Source: Candidatus Daviesbacteria bacterium RIFCSPHIGHO2_01_FULL_41_45 (lineage in GTDB: Bacteria > Patescibacteriota > Microgenomatia > Daviesbacterales > UBA10151). Taken from it: 58,045 nt of DNA. Below are positions 29,293 through 38,618 of this stretch, piece after piece. The stretch's first letter is position 1; each line of letters opens with the position of its first letter. The DNA lies in assembly GCA_001776975.1 (NCBI GenBank), contig MFCS01000029.1:1-58045 (forward strand), in the 5' to 3' direction. The notes under the pieces were generated by a model. The model saw only the letters and a program-made list of their open reading frames with translations. It was not told where the DNA came from and did not search any database. Position numbers and translations under genes: made by a program.

Positions 29293-30874
29293 ATTCCTCC
29301 TTAGTTTTAGGTATCATTTTTTTATAGATTCTGATCACCGGATGGTCAAATACCGACCAAGTCTCTTCTCCAACTTCATCAGGAATCTCCAGCTTCCACC
29401 CCTGAATCTTTAGTTGAGGATATGAGGTAAAGATCTTAACTTCCTGAAAACCTAGTTGAGATGCAAAAAGACGATTATAAAAGTTTGCTGTAATGGGGAA
29501 CTGATCCGGTAGTCTTTGATGGTTAATAAAAACCCGTCGGGATTGGATAATAAAATAATCAGAGGTTACTAAGGAACTTATTAGATCTGTTTGTACTTCT
29601 TTATTTTCCTCTAACTGATAAAAATCTAAGCCTAGCTTTTGGTAGTTTCCTGTTAATGGAACATCAATCATATTACCTCCTTCGAGTAAGATTATTGAGT
29701 TAGGAGGAATATTTTGACTAATCCAGTCTGTGGCAGTCTGTCGGACATCCATCCTTTGGTAAATAGACAAAAAGGATAATACTGAAATAAGGTGCAGTAG
29801 TAATAAAGTGACTAATACAATTATTGTCATCTTTCTTCCGGTGAAATTACTAAGATGAAAAATCAGTAGTGCTGAGAACAGAGCAAAAAAAGGAAAGGTG
29901 GGGGAGGAAAATCGAGTCCATTTAGCAAATAAAAAGCTGTTAAAGAAGAAGAATAAACCAAAGGTTAATATTAGCAGAAACAATTTTCGGTCTCTTTTAA
30001 TAATACAAAAATAACTGCTAACACCTAGTCCAGTTAATCCGAAGATTTCCAGGGTTGGACCAAGGGCGTATGGGTAGATCTTCTCTAATTGAAAGATTAT
30101 AGGGATAGTATTGATAAATTGACGAGTATAAAAAACTACAAATTTTCCGGCTGCTAATCCGCCTTCGTAATCTAAGTTAGACTTAAATGCTGAGTAATCT
30201 AAAATCACAAAAGGGGCTGTTATAAAGAAAAATAGGCAAGCAGTAGTTAGGGAAAAGAATAAATATTTTACCTTTTGTAGAATAGAATTAGGAGTTAAAA
30301 ATACTAGAGCTATTAATGGGATGATCATTAAAAAACTACTCACTTTAACTGCCAGTCCTAACCCTAAACAAACCCCAGCCAAGAATAAGTATCTTACTTG
30401 TTTGCTACTGTTAAATCTAAGTTGGCAAAGCAAATTAAGCAGAATAAAAAAAATTAAAGTAGATTCAGGTGTCGCAAAATGAGCTTGTTGAATCAACCCA
30501 GGAATAGTAGCAACAGTAAAAGTAGCAAGAAGAGAGTAACGGATTGTCAGTAATTGCCGGGAGATAAGATAAATTATTGGGATACTCAAAGTAGAAAAGA
30601 ATGCTGAATAGAATCTACCGATTAAAAATGGTGATATCAGTAGGTTTAAGCTTTCTAGAACCTCCTTAGTAAAATAAATTAAGTAGATAGTAAATGTACC
30701 GTAGGAAAAAAAATCAGGGTGCATCTGATAAGGAAAATTAAGTTGATTAACTGAGGTGACTATATGGTATTCATCCGGGTGGGTAAATATTCCTTGACCC
30801 CAATCTAGGTTGTAAAATCTTAAGAAACCCCCGGTAACTGTGATGATAATGATGAGTAAGAGCTCACGTTTCAT
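29270..30874 (-). CDS. GT-C (ArnT/PMT-like) glycosyltransferase, paralogue of the neighbouring gene
   Basis: LDWGQGIFTHPDE, FFSYGT, AHFATPE and VFDHP. Start reassigned to MKRELL. Confidence 0.87.
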   Translation of the reverse strand: MKRELLLIIIITVTGGFLRFYNLDWGQGIFTHPDEYHIVTSVNQLNFPYQMHPDFFSYGTFTIYLIYFTKEVLESLNLLISPFLIGRFYSAFFSTLSIPIIYLISRQLLTIRYSLLATFTVATIPGLIQQAHFATPESTLIFFILLNLLCQLRFNSSKQVRYLFLAGVCLGLGLAVKVSSFLMIIPLIALVFLTPNSILQKVKYLFFSLTTACLFFFITAPFVILDYSAFKSNLDYEGGLAAGKFVVFYTRQFINTIPIIFQLEKIYPYALGPTLEIFGLTGLGVSSYFCIIKRDRKLFLLILTFGLFFFFNSFLFAKWTRFSSPTFPFFALFSALLIFHLSNFTGRKMTIIVLVTLLLLHLISVLSFLSIYQRMDVRQTATDWISQNIPPNSIILLEGGNMIDVPLTGNYQKLGLDFYQLEENKEVQTDLISSLVTSDYFIIQSRRVFINHQRLPDQFPITANFYNRLFASQLGFQEVKIFTSYPQLKIQGWKLEIPDEVGEETWSVFDHPVIRIYKKMIPKTKEEYELILQI

Positions 30875-32144
30875 GATGTACCAAATCTGCCACTTTTTGT
30901 CCCATCTCGACAGCATAATTTGTCCCTCTATCCCAAGGGTAGACCATATCCATGTTGGCCAAATAAATATTATCTAACGGTGTTTTAAAATTTGATAAGT
31001 TTTTTTTGTAACCTACTGTTACTACTGGTTGGGCAAAGGGAGCAGAAAACAAAAAGCAGTCAGTAATGGTTTGTTTGTAATCTGGTTTTAGCTTATTAAG
31101 ATATGGATCAAAAATTTCCAGCAACTCTTTAGCAGATAATTTTAAGTATGGATGATTAGTTGGCAAGTAATTACCAACATAGATAATATGTTGATTATTA
31201 TAAAAGACTTTATCCATAAAATTAGTGTGTTCTGCCAGAACCAAAAACGGCCAGTTTTTTTCAGTGATATTTAACCAGTAGGTATCTTTTAGGAATGGTT
31301 GATTAAGACACAAGATTAATACTTGAGCATGTAAATGTGAGATGGAACAGATTTTCTTACTGTAATCTGCTGGCAGACCAGGTGTGATTTTAGAAAATAT
31401 TGGTGATGGCAGGGTGCAGATAACTTTGTCAACGATTATCGTTTTGGGTACTTTGTTTAGCAAAATAGACAAGTTGGTGTGGTCTTTATTAGTAATCTTT
31501 AATACCTTCGAGTTTAATAAAACTTCACCGCCTAATTTTTTGATCTCAGTCAATAGATGTTCAGCAAATAATTGAAATCCACCATCTGGATAAGCAAGAG
31601 AGGGGGTACGTTTTTTAATTCTAGCCCAAAACCAACTAAGCGAGATGTCATCTTTATAGTTTGAGAATTTCCCTTGAAATAAAGGTTGCCAAATTAAGTT
31701 AGTCGCATTTTTCCCCATGGTTTTTTCTAGCCAAGGTAGGGCTTTGATACTTTCAAAATTGCGATAATTGTTACTAATTTTTAAGTAAGATAAAGTTAGA
31801 CCCATTCGCAACTTATCAATTAAACTCAATCTTGGTAATCCCAATAATGAGAGGGGGGAATCTAGCGGGTAAAGCAACCCATCAATCATTACTTTAGTGG
31901 TGGGTCTTTTAATAATTACCTTGTGGCCTATCTCTTTAGCCAAACCTAGTACAAATTCATCATTAGTAAACCAATGATGGTAGGCCTTTTCCAAACTCCA
32001 ATTCCAGTTTGGTTGTTTAAATCCTACCGCCAAGCCACCCACTTGTGTATCTTTCTCAATTAAAACAACCTGCTGACCTAGTTTTAACAGGGTATAGGCA
32101 GCTGATAATCCACCAAAACCAGCTCCCAAAATAGCAATCTTCAC
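30864..32144 (-). CDS. FAD-dependent oxidoreductase (HemY/amine-oxidase-like)
   Basis: GAGFGGL Rossmann motif, GGLA, YHHWF and YPWDRGTNYA; heads the GT operon. Confidence 0.85.
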   Translation of the reverse strand: MKIAILGAGFGGLSAAYTLLKLGQQVVLIEKDTQVGGLAVGFKQPNWNWSLEKAYHHWFTNDEFVLGLAKEIGHKVIIKRPTTKVMIDGLLYPLDSPLSLLGLPRLSLIDKLRMGLTLSYLKISNNYRNFESIKALPWLEKTMGKNATNLIWQPLFQGKFSNYKDDISLSWFWARIKKRTPSLAYPDGGFQLFAEHLLTEIKKLGGEVLLNSKVLKITNKDHTNLSILLNKVPKTIIVDKVICTLPSPIFSKITPGLPADYSKKICSISHLHAQVLILCLNQPFLKDTYWLNITEKNWPFLVLAEHTNFMDKVFYNNQHIIYVGNYLPTNHPYLKLSAKELLEIFDPYLNKLKPDYKQTITDCFLFSAPFAQPVVTVGYKKNLSNFKTPLDNIYLANMDMVYPWDRGTNYAVEMGQKVADLVHHET

Positions 32145-32161
32145 TATGTAATTGTACGAGT

Positions 32162-32980
32162 TTACTGATTTTCAGTCCAGACACTTAATGTTCGGGTCAT
32201 AATGTTATTTAAAATTACTAAATATTTGGGGTCATAAATAAGGTCTTCGGCAGGTTCATTATTTACGACGCTGTCTCTAGTGCGGACAAATTTAGGAGAA
32301 GTACTAGTATCAGGATTTAGATACATGACCGATCCTCGGATGGTTAACTTAGGAGCCTCGATTGTTGATGGACAGCTACCTGCGGAAAAGCCACTGCAAA
32401 AATTGCCGTATACTATCAAGACGGCATCGATATTGGTGACGGTGGGGGCGATATTAATATCTCCCTGGACAATAAAGACTAACCCTTGGGCGTTGCCATT
32501 TCCTGAGGTAATATTCTGATTAATAAGCAGATTACCGTCAATAAAAAGTAGCCTGACTGGGTTACCCGAGATACCCCCACCTATGGTTAGATCGCCATTG
32601 TTTACCCAGTAAATATGGGCATCATTACCAGAGAATACTATCTGTTGATGATTTATGCCACCAACTAATTTTGGTTGTTTATTAACCTTACCAGAGATGG
32701 TTTTAGCCTGTTCATAGAATATTGATCTCATCTCAAGATAGGTAGGGATGCCAAATTGAGGGATTAAAGCCCGGTTTGAGGTAATGCATTTGTCGTTAAA
32801 GCTAAATTTGCTGGAGATTAAGTTATTGTCGGCTGCGGTTAACAGGCCCTGATTGGTTTGGACTGTGACTGAATATTTATCTGTTCCAGAGCAACTAGTG
32901 GAAGTTTGGGCCAGAGGTGAACGTGGATATATAGTTAAGCTCAGGGAGAGAAAAATTAAAGGCAGGAAGTATTTGTACAT
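32162..32980 (-). CDS. Secreted hypothetical protein
   Basis: Signal peptide; beta-rich GDL/GNL/GDI repeats; C-terminal YDPKYL. Confidence 0.7.
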   Translation of the reverse strand: MYKYFLPLIFLSLSLTIYPRSPLAQTSTSCSGTDKYSVTVQTNQGLLTAADNNLISSKFSFNDKCITSNRALIPQFGIPTYLEMRSIFYEQAKTISGKVNKQPKLVGGINHQQIVFSGNDAHIYWVNNGDLTIGGGISGNPVRLLFIDGNLLINQNITSGNGNAQGLVFIVQGDINIAPTVTNIDAVLIVYGNFCSGFSAGSCPSTIEAPKLTIRGSVMYLNPDTSTSPKFVRTRDSVVNNEPAEDLIYDPKYLVILNNIMTRTLSVWTENQ

Positions 32981-33044
32981 GAGACTATTTAGAGTATAAC
33001 AGAAACTATTTAACCGCTCTGGTTAGATTGGTATAATATCTCCC

Positions 33045-33578
33045 ATGAAACTAAATGCTAAACAGTTAAGAAAGGGTATGGGGTTTAGGGAATTGGGTAT
33101 AGGGGATAGAAATGAGATTTATATTATCTTGGACAATGTTTTGGATACCTATAATATCGGTAGCATTTTTAGGTTGGCAGATGCTGTAGTAGCGAACAAA
33201 ATTATATTAACTGGTGGATCAACAACCCCGCCGAATCCAAGAATTAAAAAAGCCTCTATTAATACAACAGAGGTGGTGTCGTGGGAGTATGTCGAATCGG
33301 CCAGCGTCGCAATTAAAAATTTACAATTGCAAGTTGAAAATTTGCAGGTGGTGGCAGTAGAGCAATCTAAGAATTCAGTTCCTTATGATAAATTTAACTA
33401 CCAGTTGCCACTATGTTTGCTGGTTGGGCATGAGACAGATGGGGTATCACAGGAGGTTTTGGATCTTTGTGATGGGGTGGTGGAGCTACCGATGTATGGA
33501 GTAAACATATCCTTGAACGTCATGGTTTCCCTAGGGATAGTATTATATAAAACCCTGGAAAAGGCTGATACTAAGTAA
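33045..33578 (+). CDS. SpoU/TrmH family RNA methyltransferase
   Basis: YNIGSIFRLAD, LVGHETDGV and LPMYGVNISLNV. Confidence 0.92.
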   Translation: MKLNAKQLRKGMGFRELGIGDRNEIYIILDNVLDTYNIGSIFRLADAVVANKIILTGGSTTPPNPRIKKASINTTEVVSWEYVESASVAIKNLQLQVENLQVVAVEQSKNSVPYDKFNYQLPLCLLVGHETDGVSQEVLDLCDGVVELPMYGVNISLNVMVSLGIVLYKTLEKADTK

Positions 33579-33588
33579 TCTCAAAGCA

Positions 33589-33617
33589 TTGACAGCTAAG
33601 ATACACTCAGGTAGAAT
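33589..33617 (+). promoter_or_regulatory. 16S rRNA promoter
   Basis: TTGACA-N17-TAGAAT. Confidence 0.85.
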
Positions 33618-33682
33618 ATCCTCACCTCGTTTGAGGTGATTGGGGCAAGTTCAAACAAGAAAACTACTCACATCTTAATATT

Positions 33683-33695
33683 TGCACTTTAACAA
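33683..33695 (+). promoter_or_regulatory. BoxA-like antitermination element
   Basis: TGCACTTTAACAA versus consensus TGCTCTTTAACA. Confidence 0.6.
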
Positions 33696-33891
33696 CCGAA
33701 CAAGCAACAACCGCTCTTCGGTTTTTTTGTGGTCTAATGGACCATCGATTGATTTCAGAAGAGTGGTGGGAAAATAAATATACAAGTAGTCAACTTGTTA
33801 ATTCCAAACAACAATGAATTCACGGTACAAATCGTACAGTGTTTTTTGAGTTACGGAAAAACTTTACAAAGAAATGAAAGTTTCTTTTATT

Positions 33892-33934
<43 letters not shown>

Positions 33935-34722
33935 TAAGTATGCAAGTCATGGGGGTTCCGCAAGGAGCAACCGGCGGACGGGTGAGTAATGCATGGGAAT
34001 CTACCTTAAAGTTGGATATAGCTTGCCGAAAGGCAGGGTAATCTCCAATGTGTACTGAGATCGCAAGGTCGAAGTATAAAGAGCAATCGCTTTAAGATGA
34101 GCCTGTGTCCTATCAGCTAGTTGGTGGGGTAAAAGCCTACCAAGGCGACGACGGGTAGCTGGTCTGAGAGGATGGTCAGCCACAATGGGACTGCGACACG
34201 GCCCATACACCTACGGGTGGCGCAGCTAGGAATTTTCGACAATGGGCGCAAGCCTGATCGAGCGACGCCGCGTGGAGGATTGAAGGTCTTTTTGATTGTA
34301 AACTCCTTTTGTAGCCGAAGATTATGACGGTAGGCTACGAATAAGCCGCTGCTAACTACGTGCCAGAAGCCTCGGTAATACGTAGGCGGCAAGCGTTATC
34401 CGGAATCATTGGGCGTAAAGAGTTGCGTAGGCGGATCGGTGCATCTTGCTATAAATATTCCGACTTAATCGGGATTCACGGCAAGATATGGCTGATCTGG
34501 AAGATGTGAGGGGGTGTTGGAACAGATGGTGGAGCAGTGAAATGCGTTGAGATCATCTGGAACGCCAAAGGTGCAGACAGACACCTAACACATTCTTGAC
34601 GCTTAGGCACGACAGCTTGGGGAGCGAAGCAGATTAGAGACCTGCGTAGTCCAAGCCGTAAACGATCTCTGCTGGATATCCGGGACTTGTCCTGGGTGTC
34701 GAAGCTAACGCGTTAAGCAGAG

Positions 34723-34771
<49 letters not shown>

Positions 34772-35310
34772 AGGCGCACAAGCAGTGGAGCGTGTGGTTT
34801 AATTCGATTCAAAGCGAAAAACCTCACCAGGGTTTGACATGTATCTGCAAGCGCACGGAAACGTGTGATCTTCGAGAGTGATACACAGATGCTGCATGGC
34901 TGTCGTCAGCTCGTGGCGTGAGCTGTACCGTTAAGTCGGGTAACGAGCGCAACCCGCACCGTATGTTAAATAATTCATGCGGAACTGCCCCATTTTTGGG
35001 GAGGAAGGCGCGGATGACGTCAAGTCAGCACGGCTCTTACACCCTGGGCAACACACACCCTACAATGGCGAAAAACAACGAGTTGCAAGCCGGTAACGGC
35101 AAGCTAATCTCTGAAATTTCGCCTCAGTTCAGATTGAGGTCTGCAACCCGACCTCATGAAGGAGGAATTGCTAGTAATCGCGAATCAGCAGGTCGCGGTG
35201 AATACGTTCTCGCCTCTTGTACACACTGCCCGTCAAGGCAGCAAAGTTGGGGGCACCCGAACTTCCACTATGTGGGAGGAAGGTGAAACCAGCGATGAAG
35301 CTTAAGTCGT

Positions 35311-36191
35311 CCACTAATGTGAGCGACCTCTGATAGTAACATCAGAGAAAAATCCGACTGATATCGGTGAAGTCCTACTTGAAATTCGGGTTAACTTTGG
35401 TTAATCTAGAATCAAGGGAGAATACCGAGGGAAGTCTGCGATGCTTAAGCAGTATACCAACAGCAATTGGCTCAAAGATTATAAGAAGAATCTAGATTTA
35501 TCTAGTATTCAAAGAGATGTTTTGATTGGAACGATTTTAGGAGATGGCTCTTTTAAAATCTCTCGTTCAGGAAAAGCAGCTCAATTACAAATCTGTCATT
35601 CTTTTTCTTCTAAAGACTATGTCTCTTGGAAGAAGCAGATATTTGAAAATTGGGTTTTTGCAGAACCGAGATACCATCAAATAAATAACTCGTTAATTTT
35701 CAGAACGATATCTCACACTTTAATTTTTGAGTACATGAGATTTTTTTATAAAGAGAGGATCAAGATTATTCCACAAAATATTAAGAATATTTTAAAGAGT
35801 AATTTAAGTTTAGCTGTATGGTTCATGGATGATGGTAACGGTTACCTAAAAAGAAATGCATTTAGGATTAGTACCTATGCTTTTGGATTAAATGGCAACC
35901 TATTACTCCAAGAATGCTTAAGTCAGAATTTTGGATTACAAACAAATTTAGTTAGGGATAGTAAAGGATTTCAACTTTATGTCCCGGTTAGAGAGGGTGA
36001 GAAGTTTAAAAAACTTATTTCACCATTTGTAATTCCCTCGATGAAATATAAAATCGAGAATCGCAGCCCCCGTAGAGACTGATATGGAAGGTACCAGATA
36101 TTCTGGAAGTAAACTTCCATTAAACGTCGGCTCCAGTGAATAACTGGATGAAGATATAGTCCATGCCCTCAGTAATGAGCGGGTAAACATG
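35311..36191 (+). mobile_element. Group I intron at 16S position 1498 (E. coli numbering), 881 nt
   Basis: Interrupts AAGTCGT|AACAAGGT; P1 gtcgt/gcgac with U.G wobble; P7 AGAGACT...GAAGATATAGTC; ends in G. Confidence 0.93.
35441..36082 (+). CDS. Intron-encoded two-motif LAGLIDADG homing endonuclease
   Basis: VLIGTILGDGS and LAVWFMDDG motifs; PSMKYKI tail. Confidence 0.93.
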   Translation: MLKQYTNSNWLKDYKKNLDLSSIQRDVLIGTILGDGSFKISRSGKAAQLQICHSFSSKDYVSWKKQIFENWVFAEPRYHQINNSLIFRTISHTLIFEYMRFFYKERIKIIPQNIKNILKSNLSLAVWFMDDGNGYLKRNAFRISTYAFGLNGNLLLQECLSQNFGLQTNLVRDSKGFQLYVPVREGEKFKKLISPFVIPSMKYKIENRSPRRD

Positions 36192-36432
36192 AACAAGGTA
36201 TCCCTACCCGAAGGTGGGGATGGATCACCTCCTTTCTGGAGATTTGATCTAACTGATGGATTCCTGAAATCTTGCTTTGCAAGTAGGCCGAAAGGCCTGC
36301 CGGCAGGCAGGCAGGTAGCCACGGTTACGATCCAGATACCTCTCACGCTTCAACAGCCTCAGCGCAAGCTAGAGATGTTGGGGACAGGTATCAAGAAGTT
36401 TGAAGCTCTTCTTAAAAAAGGCTTCCCCACCA

Positions 36433-36523
36433 CTATTCTGGAATTAATTATCTTTAATTCCAGGTCAGGACTGGCGTAGCCATGTTCTATTTTGGAATTA
36501 ATTATCTTTAATTACAGATCAGG
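36433..36523. repeat. 37-bp imperfect direct repeat x2 (34/37 identical), first copy palindromic
   Basis: ctattctggaattaattatctttaattccaggtcagg (36433-36469) and ctattttggaattaattatctttaattacagatcagg (36487-36523). Confidence 0.85.
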
Positions 36524-36534
36524 TTGATAAAAAT

Positions 36535-36735
36535 ATGATAGAGAGACATGACGGTTCTAGTGATATAGGTAGATATATAGATAGGGATCCAGCGGTGCAG
36601 ATATCTAAAGGACTATGGTTGGTAGCAGCAATAGCTAACACCATCTGTGGGGTAGCTATGGGAGCCGAAAGGATTGCACGTTTTTCAGGTCGAGTCAGAA
36701 GAGTATTTACTCCAACTCATATAGAGCTTCCTTGA
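36535..36735 (+). CDS. Small hypothetical protein with one hydrophobic segment
   Basis: 66 aa, MIER start; stop codon overlaps the tRNA-Cys 3' end by 1 nt. Confidence 0.4.
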   Translation: MIERHDGSSDIGRYIDRDPAVQISKGLWLVAAIANTICGVAMGAERIARFSGRVRRVFTPTHIELP

Positions 36736-36805
36736 GGCCTCGACCGGATTCGCACCGGTGTACGAAGTTTTGCAGACTCCTGGATGACTACTCTCCCACG
36801 AGGCC
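36735..36805 (-). tRNA. tRNA-Cys(GCA)
   Basis: Acceptor ggcctcg/cgaggcc, anticodon loop CT-GCA-AA, T-loop TGCGAAT, U73; CCA not encoded. Confidence 0.93.
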
Positions 36806-36825
36806 AGAACGGCGGATTCTTTACG

Positions 36826-36897
36826 TGGGCGATGTTGGGATCGAACCAACGACCTCGTCTTTATCAGAGACGCGCTCTACCACTGAGCTAATCGCCC
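36826..36897 (-). tRNA. tRNA-Ile(GAT)
   Basis: Acceptor gggcgat/atcgccc, anticodon arm cgtct-CTGATAA-agacg, GGTTCGAT. Confidence 0.95.
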
Positions 36898-36971
36898 AAA
36901 GTTCCAATATTTTACCTTTTACGGAGTAAACAGGCAAGCTCAGCTTATCATGATTATGAGATAATAGCGAT

Positions 36972-38612
36972 GTGATCAGGCGTGAAGTTATAGTTATTCT
37001 ACTGCTGTTGTTTTTGAGTCTGCCCACAATTCAGGATCTTTTGTTTCCAGGACCATTTACCTCACATGATCTGACTCACCATATCGTCCGCCAGATCGAT
37101 ATGAACCGGCTGTTATCGGAGGGTCAATTTCCACCCCGTTGGTCCGGGGAGTTAAATAATGGCTATGGCTACCCGCTATTTTTATTTAACTATCCGCTAC
37201 CGGCCTTGGTTGGTCAATTATTTCATTTATTGGGATTAGGCTATATAGACAGTGTTAAGGCAATCTTAGGGTTGTCGCTTTTAGGGTCTTCGGTAACCAT
37301 GTATTTATTTTTAAGATCACTGCTGGGAAATCGCACCGCTGCATTTTTAGGGGCCATCTTTTATCTGTATGCCCCAGTCAGATTTTTAAATGTCTATGTC
37401 TCAGCTGCCTTAGGGAATGCCCTAGCCCTTTTGTTTGTGCCGTTAGTATTTTTATCCGTAAACAAGTTAGCTAAAACTGGTAAGAAGCTCTGGATCATGG
37501 GGGGAGCAATCAGTTTTGCGGCTTTGGTAACCTCTCATAACGTCACAACTGTGATGTTTGCTCCGGTAATAGCCGGGTTTAGCCTGGTGGCCCTTTATCT
37601 CAACAACCCTCGTTTTATGAAGCAGATACTTGTAATGTTTCTTCTGGGGCTTGGTCTCTCTGCCTGGTTTTGGCTGCCTTCATTAGTAGAGAAACAATAT
37701 ATCCGCTATGACCAATATATGGATAATTTTTTTGCTAGCCGTTTTGTGCCGTTTAAAGATATTCTTTATTCAACCTGGGGGTACGGCTCGGATTTTTCCC
37801 GACAGGTCGGAATTGCTCATTGGTTGGTGATGGTAGGACTGGTAATTAGTAGTACATATTTGCTGGTTAAGGGAGGGATTAAAGTAAAAGAGTGGGTAAC
37901 ACTAGGAACTTTTTGTTTGACAGTTTTTATAGGCGCAGTATTTTTAATGACGGAGTATAGCAGGGTATTTTGGGGGAGCGTTCCGCTTTTGGAGTATGTC
38001 CAGTTTCCAGCCAGATTTTTGACCCCGGCGGTATTTGCTGCATCTATTGCTGTAGCTTTGCTAGTGAAGCATCTTCCATTCAGGAGTATCTTGCTTGTCG
38101 GATTATTAGGGCTAGTTTTATATGCCAGCCGTAATAACATGTCCATCAATCAGTCGGTTGAGTATAGAGATGATTACTATCAAACCTTAAAGTATACCTC
38201 TACTGCCTATGATGAGCATTTACCAAATTGGGCTAGACCAATGATGGTACTCTCACCAGGGAAGTTCAGTGTGCTACAGGGTAAAGGAGTTGTTCATATA
38301 GACAAAAATTACTCATCTGAGGTTAAGGCTACCTTTATCACCGATGAAGAGACTACTCTCCAATTTAATCAATTTTATTTTCCCGGCTGGGAGATCAAGG
38401 TGGATGATAAAAAGGTGAATTTTGATTATCTGCTAGAAGGAGAGAGTAAAGGATTCCCGGTGTTTAAGGTTCCACAGGGTATGCACCAGATTGAAGCTGT
38501 ATTTAATAAAACATTTATTAGAAGTCTGGCTGATAATATTAGCCTCTTCTCGGCAGTAATTATGGGAGTATTCTTTTCTAGTGTCATATATAAAAAAAGA
38601 GTGCTACGATAG
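36972..38612 (+). CDS. GT-C membrane glycosyltransferase (PTPS-related/YfhO-like)
   Basis: SHDLTHH, PPRWSGELNNGYGYPLF, QFPARF and YFPGW. Confidence 0.85.
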   Translation: MIRREVIVILLLLFLSLPTIQDLLFPGPFTSHDLTHHIVRQIDMNRLLSEGQFPPRWSGELNNGYGYPLFLFNYPLPALVGQLFHLLGLGYIDSVKAILGLSLLGSSVTMYLFLRSLLGNRTAAFLGAIFYLYAPVRFLNVYVSAALGNALALLFVPLVFLSVNKLAKTGKKLWIMGGAISFAALVTSHNVTTVMFAPVIAGFSLVALYLNNPRFMKQILVMFLLGLGLSAWFWLPSLVEKQYIRYDQYMDNFFASRFVPFKDILYSTWGYGSDFSRQVGIAHWLVMVGLVISSTYLLVKGGIKVKEWVTLGTFCLTVFIGAVFLMTEYSRVFWGSVPLLEYVQFPARFLTPAVFAASIAVALLVKHLPFRSILLVGLLGLVLYASRNNMSINQSVEYRDDYYQTLKYTSTAYDEHLPNWARPMMVLSPGKFSVLQGKGVVHIDKNYSSEVKATFITDEETTLQFNQFYFPGWEIKVDDKKVNFDYLLEGESKGFPVFKVPQGMHQIEAVFNKTFIRSLADNISLFSAVIMGVFFSSVIYKKRVLR

Positions 38613-38618
38613 GAGAAG

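Noticed and set aside
36433..36523. CRISPR array (37-bp palindromic repeats)
   Set aside because: Only two imperfect copies, a 17-nt spacer, and no cas genes in the window.
36020..37027. ORFs 36020-36346, 36189-36479, 36732-36929 and 36821-37027
   Set aside because: They overlap the intron, the 16S 3' exon or the tRNA genes.
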